Assembly: GCA_049322915.1 (NCBI GenBank)
Contig: JBMOPW010000034.1
Coordinates: forward strand, 680,567-744,566
Source: Candidatus Zhuqueibacterota bacterium
GTDB taxonomy: Bacteria; Zhuqueibacterota; Zhuqueibacteria; Thermofontimicrobiales; Thermofontimicrobiaceae
DNA length: 64,000 nucleotides
Direction of reading: 5' to 3'
In this document: positions 60,049 through 64,000 of the stretch, piece by piece
Layout: each line of letters starts with the position of its first letter
Position numbering within the stretch: position 1 is the first letter of the stretch
Made by a program: the position numbers and the translations under genes
Notes under the pieces: generated by a model
Seen by the model: the letters and a program-made list of their open reading frames with translations, nothing else
The model's database searches: none
What the model was told of the DNA's origin: nothing

Positions 60049-60656
60049 GGTCGCTGCACACAGGTTCCGGGTTCACCCAGTGAAATAATACTAAATAGTG
60101 TCTGTCCGAAAAGGCTTACCCTTACCCATATCTTTTCTAACGCAGAGGTCGCAGAGACCGCAGAGGTACGCAGAGTTTTGGTATTGAAAAAAAGCTGTCT
60201 GCAAACTTATGAAACCAGGTATTTTCCTGGTTATTTTGATCTTCTGTTACTATGGGTGAACATGATTTTCATTGTTTGATTGAAAATTTTAAAATCACTC
60301 AGGCCAATTTAAAGCTGGTCATTTCTCTGCGCCCTTCGCGACCTCTGCGTTTCATTTGATGTGTTAATATCCATCAACTTATGGGTAAGGATTAGCCTTT
60401 CAGGACAGGGTTGGGGTGATGTCAATATTTACAATTTTCGGACAGACACTAAATAACACAACAATTCGGTTGTTATATGATTTAAAGCGCTACACATAAA
60501 TTATTTTAAAATTGAAAATATTTCACGGGGTGAAGCGTTCCCGGCTGGGGTTTTGGATATGGTTGCGCAAAATTTATTTTATGCTCAAACAGTCCGTCAT
60601 CAACTGGTCGTTATCATTAACCTTGAGCCCGGAGCGTTGAACCGGTGAACGGTTAC
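60049..60656. mobile_element. Composite nested element: family A > family B (60074-60532) > family C ends (60096-60451) > two further IR pairs
   Basis: Aligns to 54957-55205 except for an insert at TAAATA; inner IRs CCTTACCCATA/TATGGGTAAGG (60120-60390) and AACGCAGAGGTCGC/GCGACCTCTGCGTT (60139-60351). Confidence 0.85.
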
Positions 60657-61104
60657 AGCAGCCGCTGGAAAATTGTCAATTCATCGGCATGAAATCGCGC
60701 TGCCTCCTCCTTGAGTACAACCGGCCTGGGAATGCCGATGCACAAATCGAAAGATAACATTTTTTACTGCACCCGATGCGGCCAATCCCAGGAAAACCGT
60801 TTTCTGCTTCAATCAGGTAATGGATCACATGAGTGTTTCCAAAATGAGTGACAGGTTATTTTTAAAAACATCCTCCCATTGAAGTTAATTTTTAATTATT
60901 TTTATTGACTTTGTTCAAAATATTTATTATTTTCTCTACCGTTTTAAGAACGGGGAATGGATTAATAAATCTTAATACGAAAAGTGTAGCTTCACCAGAC
61001 TTTTATACAAGTCTGTTTTATTTCGAACAGTAGGAATTAATAAGGCATTGCGATTAAGAAATCGCATAACAATTACATTCATTCATTTTTGGAGGTCTAG
61101 TATT

Positions 61105-61710
61105 ATGTTAAGAAAGAATCTGCTGTTAACAATCGTTACCGTTATGCTTCTGATGTTAGTCATTGGCTGTGCCAAACCACCACAGCAAGAGTTGGATGCT
61201 GCAAAAGCCGTTGTAACTGCGGCGAAAGATGCTGAAGCTGATCGCTATTTGCCTGCCGAATTTAATGCAGCCCAGGATTCATTGAACGCTGCCATGACTG
61301 AAATAGAAACCCAGAAATCCAAATTCGCATTGACCCGCAATTATGGTCATGCAAAACAACTGTTGGACGCTGCTACCAAAGCCGCAACCGCAGCAAAAGA
61401 CAATGTCGCTGCTAAAAAAGAAGAAGTGAAAGCCGAAGCCGAAAAATTAGTGGTTGATGCCGAAGCTGCAATGGCCGAAGCGACTGCTCTTCTGAAAAAA
61501 GCGCCCAAAGGCAAAGAAGGCCGCGAAGCTCTTGAAGCTATTCAGGGCGAACTGGCTGCTGTTGAAACCTCGATGGTCGATGCCAAAACACAGTTGGCAA
61601 ATGGCGATTTCCTGTCAGCCCGCGATAAAGTAAGCGCCGGCCTGCAGAAAGTCAACTCGATTAAAGAAGAACTCAATCAAGCGATTGCCAAGAAAAAAGG
61701 GAAAAAGTAA
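61105..61710 (+). CDS. Ala/Lys-rich helical lipoprotein (DUF4398-like)
   Basis: SD GGAGG, lipobox VIGC, KPP.QE..AAK.....A..AEA..Y. Confidence 0.8.
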   Translation: MLRKNLLLTIVTVMLLMLVIGCAKPPQQELDAAKAVVTAAKDAEADRYLPAEFNAAQDSLNAAMTEIETQKSKFALTRNYGHAKQLLDAATKAATAAKDNVAAKKEEVKAEAEKLVVDAEAAMAEATALLKKAPKGKEGREALEAIQGELAAVETSMVDAKTQLANGDFLSARDKVSAGLQKVNSIKEELNQAIAKKKGKK

Positions 61711-61760
61711 TTTCCGATTTTGAAATGATATCTCTTTTTCAAATTTGTAAGTAAAAAATT

Positions 61761-61803
61761 AAAACCTCGGTTCAAACGCTTTTCTATGCTGAACCGAGGT
61801 TTT
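61761..61803 (+). terminator. Intrinsic terminator
   Basis: AAAACCTCGGTTCA / TGAACCGAGGTTTTT. Confidence 0.8.
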
Positions 61804-62136
61804 GTATATTGACAACACAACACTATTGCCAACGGGCACAAACTGTTCTTACGCATCACTTATACGGCTCAATGTCGTTCTGCTTTTGACGATATTAACC
61901 CTAAGACGTCATTTAGCAAATTTATCACACTATGTTGAATGTTTCATCTATCCAAAAATTTTATATATAACGTTTCGCGTGACTATTCAGGCATGGAGAA
62001 TCGCCGTAAAGCCACCCAGTCACAAAGCTACACGATGATGTCCTTTTTGTTATTCTCTCTTTTAATGCGATATTCAGCTTTTGAGGATTGACCCTTTTAG
62101 CCTGCATTATTCATAGTATATTTAAAGGAGGCTGGC

Positions 62137-62264
62137 TAACCTGAATGGTGCTCTTTTTAGAATAAACGTATAAAAACTGAGTTTCAAAATAGCTTAGCCT
62201 TTAGCTAATTGAAAATCTCAATGTTGACTCAAATTCTGAGCAAGTTCATGAATAATTCAGGTTA
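62137..62264. mobile_element. Miniature inverted-repeat element, family E copy 2 (128 bp)
   Basis: TAACCTGAATGGTGC ... TTCATGAATAATTCAGGTTA, shared with 41790-41917. Confidence 0.75.
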
Positions 62265-62319
62265 GATATTTCTTTTTCTTTGAGGCTTGATGGCTGAATA
62301 ATTACCGACTATTAGTATA

Positions 62320-62433
62320 AATGACCAGTTGAAAGCATGTGCAATAAGCAATACTTTGTTGTATCTGTAATGGACGGTCGCGACCGTCCACTACGCGTAT
62401 GTCCAATAATAATATAGGCGCTAAAAGTTTAAC
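62320..62433. mobile_element. Family D copy 2 (right IR lost) with identical REP-like core at 62367-62394
   Basis: Direct repeat of 58366-58478. Confidence 0.75.
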
Positions 62434-62833
62434 AATTAAGCTACCGACGCACGCGATGCATCTGCGAACCCTGTTCTCGAACGATGCAATCAATCGATAG
62501 CAACGATCACCGATGAAGCCAGTTACAACTGTCCTCCAATTAAAAAATGATCGGATGTTATTTTCCAAGTCACTCTGGTAACCTCATTTTTATGCGCAGT
62601 GCAATCCGATCGCATCCAGCGGGCGCCATAGAAAATGGATGCAAAGGCAATGAATATTTTTCAACGGACAATTACTTACAGCCACTATAAATTAGAGCAT
62701 CTAGAAACTAATGAAATCTTTTGTGTATCTCAATCTTCGACCGACTCCAAAAAGAACCCATCATAAAAGTCATAAAAGAGCCGCGCACCGCGATAGACGC
62801 CATCGTCTCTCCCCTATTTTCAAATCGAAACTC

Positions 62834-64000
62834 ATGAGAATTCATCGCCGCAACGCCTCTTTTAAAAACGACGTGCAAATGATTGTCCGTTCAATTGGAA
62901 AAGCGCTCGTGAAATTCGCACAGCGATTCGCTTCCATTTCAAATCAATTTTTTGTTTTTCTGATCACATTGGTCTGGACAATCCTCAAAGGTTTTTATGG
63001 CCTCATCGCTTCACGGCGGCGCGCCATTATCATGCTTGCCGGCGCAGCAACAATTATCGGGATTGTCCTGGCGCTCGTTCTAATGTCAGCAAAACCGCCT
63101 CATTACGCCATTGAACAAAGCTGGCTTGCGCTCAGTAAAACACGTCAGGCTGAGGCTCCATACTACACGAAAGATATGTATCTGGCCGCGTCTTTCAAAT
63201 GGGATGAACTGATTCGGGAGTGGCGCTATCAGAATAGCTTATGGTTTTTCAAGCGCGATTTCAGCAAACTTGTGAGCCTGGCTGAGGAAACAACCCGACT
63301 GGCAAACCAGGCATCGGCCAAAGCTAATGAACTGCGTTCCTCGTTGAAAAACACAGCGCAGATTGAGACCACCCTGCTCATCGAAAAGATCGAGGAGATC
63401 AAGTCCAAATACGGCGACTTGCCAATGGACCGGTCGTTGCGGAATCGATTGAACGCCGGTGAATTGCTCGTTTTGGAAAGCCAGTCGGCTTTTAAACGCA
63501 ACGACTTCAAACAAGCGGTCGCCAAATTAAAAACAGCGGAATCCATGATCGGCCAGTCCGATACCGAATTGACCAGCATGGTCAGCGCGTATCTTGGCAG
63601 CATCAAAAAATGGCGCGGCTGGGTTCAGGAGACCATCAAATGGTCACTGGACAGTACGCGCGTGGCGATTGTTGTGGATAAAATGGCGCACGTCTGCCAG
63701 GTGTATGACAGCGGAAAACTGAAGACCGAGTTCCCCATTGAGCTGGGCAGAAATTGGATCGGCCATAAACGGCAAAAAGGAGACAATGCAACCCCGGAAG
63801 GTCAGTATTTCATTCGAAAGAAAGTCGGGAACGGTCAGAGCAAATATTATAAAGCGCTGGTCATCAACTATCCCAATGAGAGAGACAGAGTTGAATTCGA
63901 AGCCGCGAAAAACCGGGGGGAACTGGCACCCAATGCCCAGATAGGCGGGCTGATTGAAATTCACGGCGAAGGCGCAAAAGGGACGAACTGGACCCAGGGC
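62834..64000 (+). CDS. YkuD L,D-transpeptidase-family protein (YafK/DpaA-like) with TM and helical N-terminus; truncated by window end
   Basis: Open frame from ATG 62834/62879 (start uncertain): IVVDK, LG......K...GD.ATPEG.Y, YYKAL.INYPN..D, GGLIEIHG......WTQG. Absent from the ORF track because there is no stop in the window. Confidence 0.88.
   Translation, partial: MRIHRRNASFKNDVQMIVRSIGKALVKFAQRFASISNQFFVFLITLVWTILKGFYGLIASRRRAIIMLAGAATIIGIVLALVLMSAKPPHYAIEQSWLALSKTRQAEAPYYTKDMYLAASFKWDELIREWRYQNSLWFFKRDFSKLVSLAEETTRLANQASAKANELRSSLKNTAQIETTLLIEKIEEIKSKYGDLPMDRSLRNRLNAGELLVLESQSAFKRNDFKQAVAKLKTAESMIGQSDTELTSMVSAYLGSIKKWRGWVQETIKWSLDSTRVAIVVDKMAHVCQVYDSGKLKTEFPIELGRNWIGHKRQKGDNATPEGQYFIRKKVGNGQSKYYKALVINYPNERDRVEFEAAKNRGELAPNAQIGGLIEIHGEGAKGTNWTQG

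Noticed and set aside
59992..60279. 95-aa ORF (also 62302-62568)
   Set aside because: Runs through nested repeat elements; most likely spurious.
60732..60851. Short ORF MPMHKSKDNIFYCTRCGQ... with CxxC; nearby GGGAA also suggested a cobalamin riboswitch
   Set aside because: No convincing SD, only 39 codons, and the B12-box elements are absent.
54957..62433. CRISPR array or integron attC array
   Set aside because: Repeats are dispersed, of several unrelated families, lack regular spacers, and no cas or integrase gene is present.
518..63964. Numerous ORF-track entries overlapping the called genes (e.g. 12535-13311, 13160-13924, 35139-36014, 50279-51538, 51830-52801)
   Set aside because: Antisense or off-frame shadows of well-supported genes, with no recognisable motifs.

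Overview
64 kb of a diderm (Gram-negative) bacterial chromosome, probably from an FCB-group anaerobe such as KSB1/Calditrichota/Ignavibacteria (inference from the 'QNYPNPFNP' C-terminal sorting domain and gene content). Contents in order: 5' part of prfB with its +1 frameshift; SpoIID/LytB; an OLD-like ATPase lacking TOPRIM plus a DmpA peptidase; a cassette of S41 protease, 79-aa propeptide-like ORF, polytopic membrane protein and degenerate sigma-54-type activator; a MarR-linked sulfur-respiration cluster (PsrABC-like, two YeeE/YedE, rhodanese, FadL, DsrE2); M14 peptidase; clan-D glycoside hydrolase; murJ; patatin; a ~190-nt structured, 6S-like RNA candidate; a membrane PP2C phosphatase; a LytS/LytTR-linked Lol-like ABC cassette; a transglutaminase-like protein; a TetR-TolC-HlyD-ABC efflux operon; an NO/nitrosative-stress cluster (FprA, octaheme Hao-like, polyferredoxin, cupin, qNOR, DUF1858, DUF438); and a lipoprotein plus a YkuD protein cut by the window end. 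Intergenic DNA carries several families of miniature inverted-repeat elements, nested up to five deep at 60.0-60.7 kb, with no transposase in the window. No rRNA, tRNA or CRISPR was seen. All family calls come from motif recognition by eye, not database searches.
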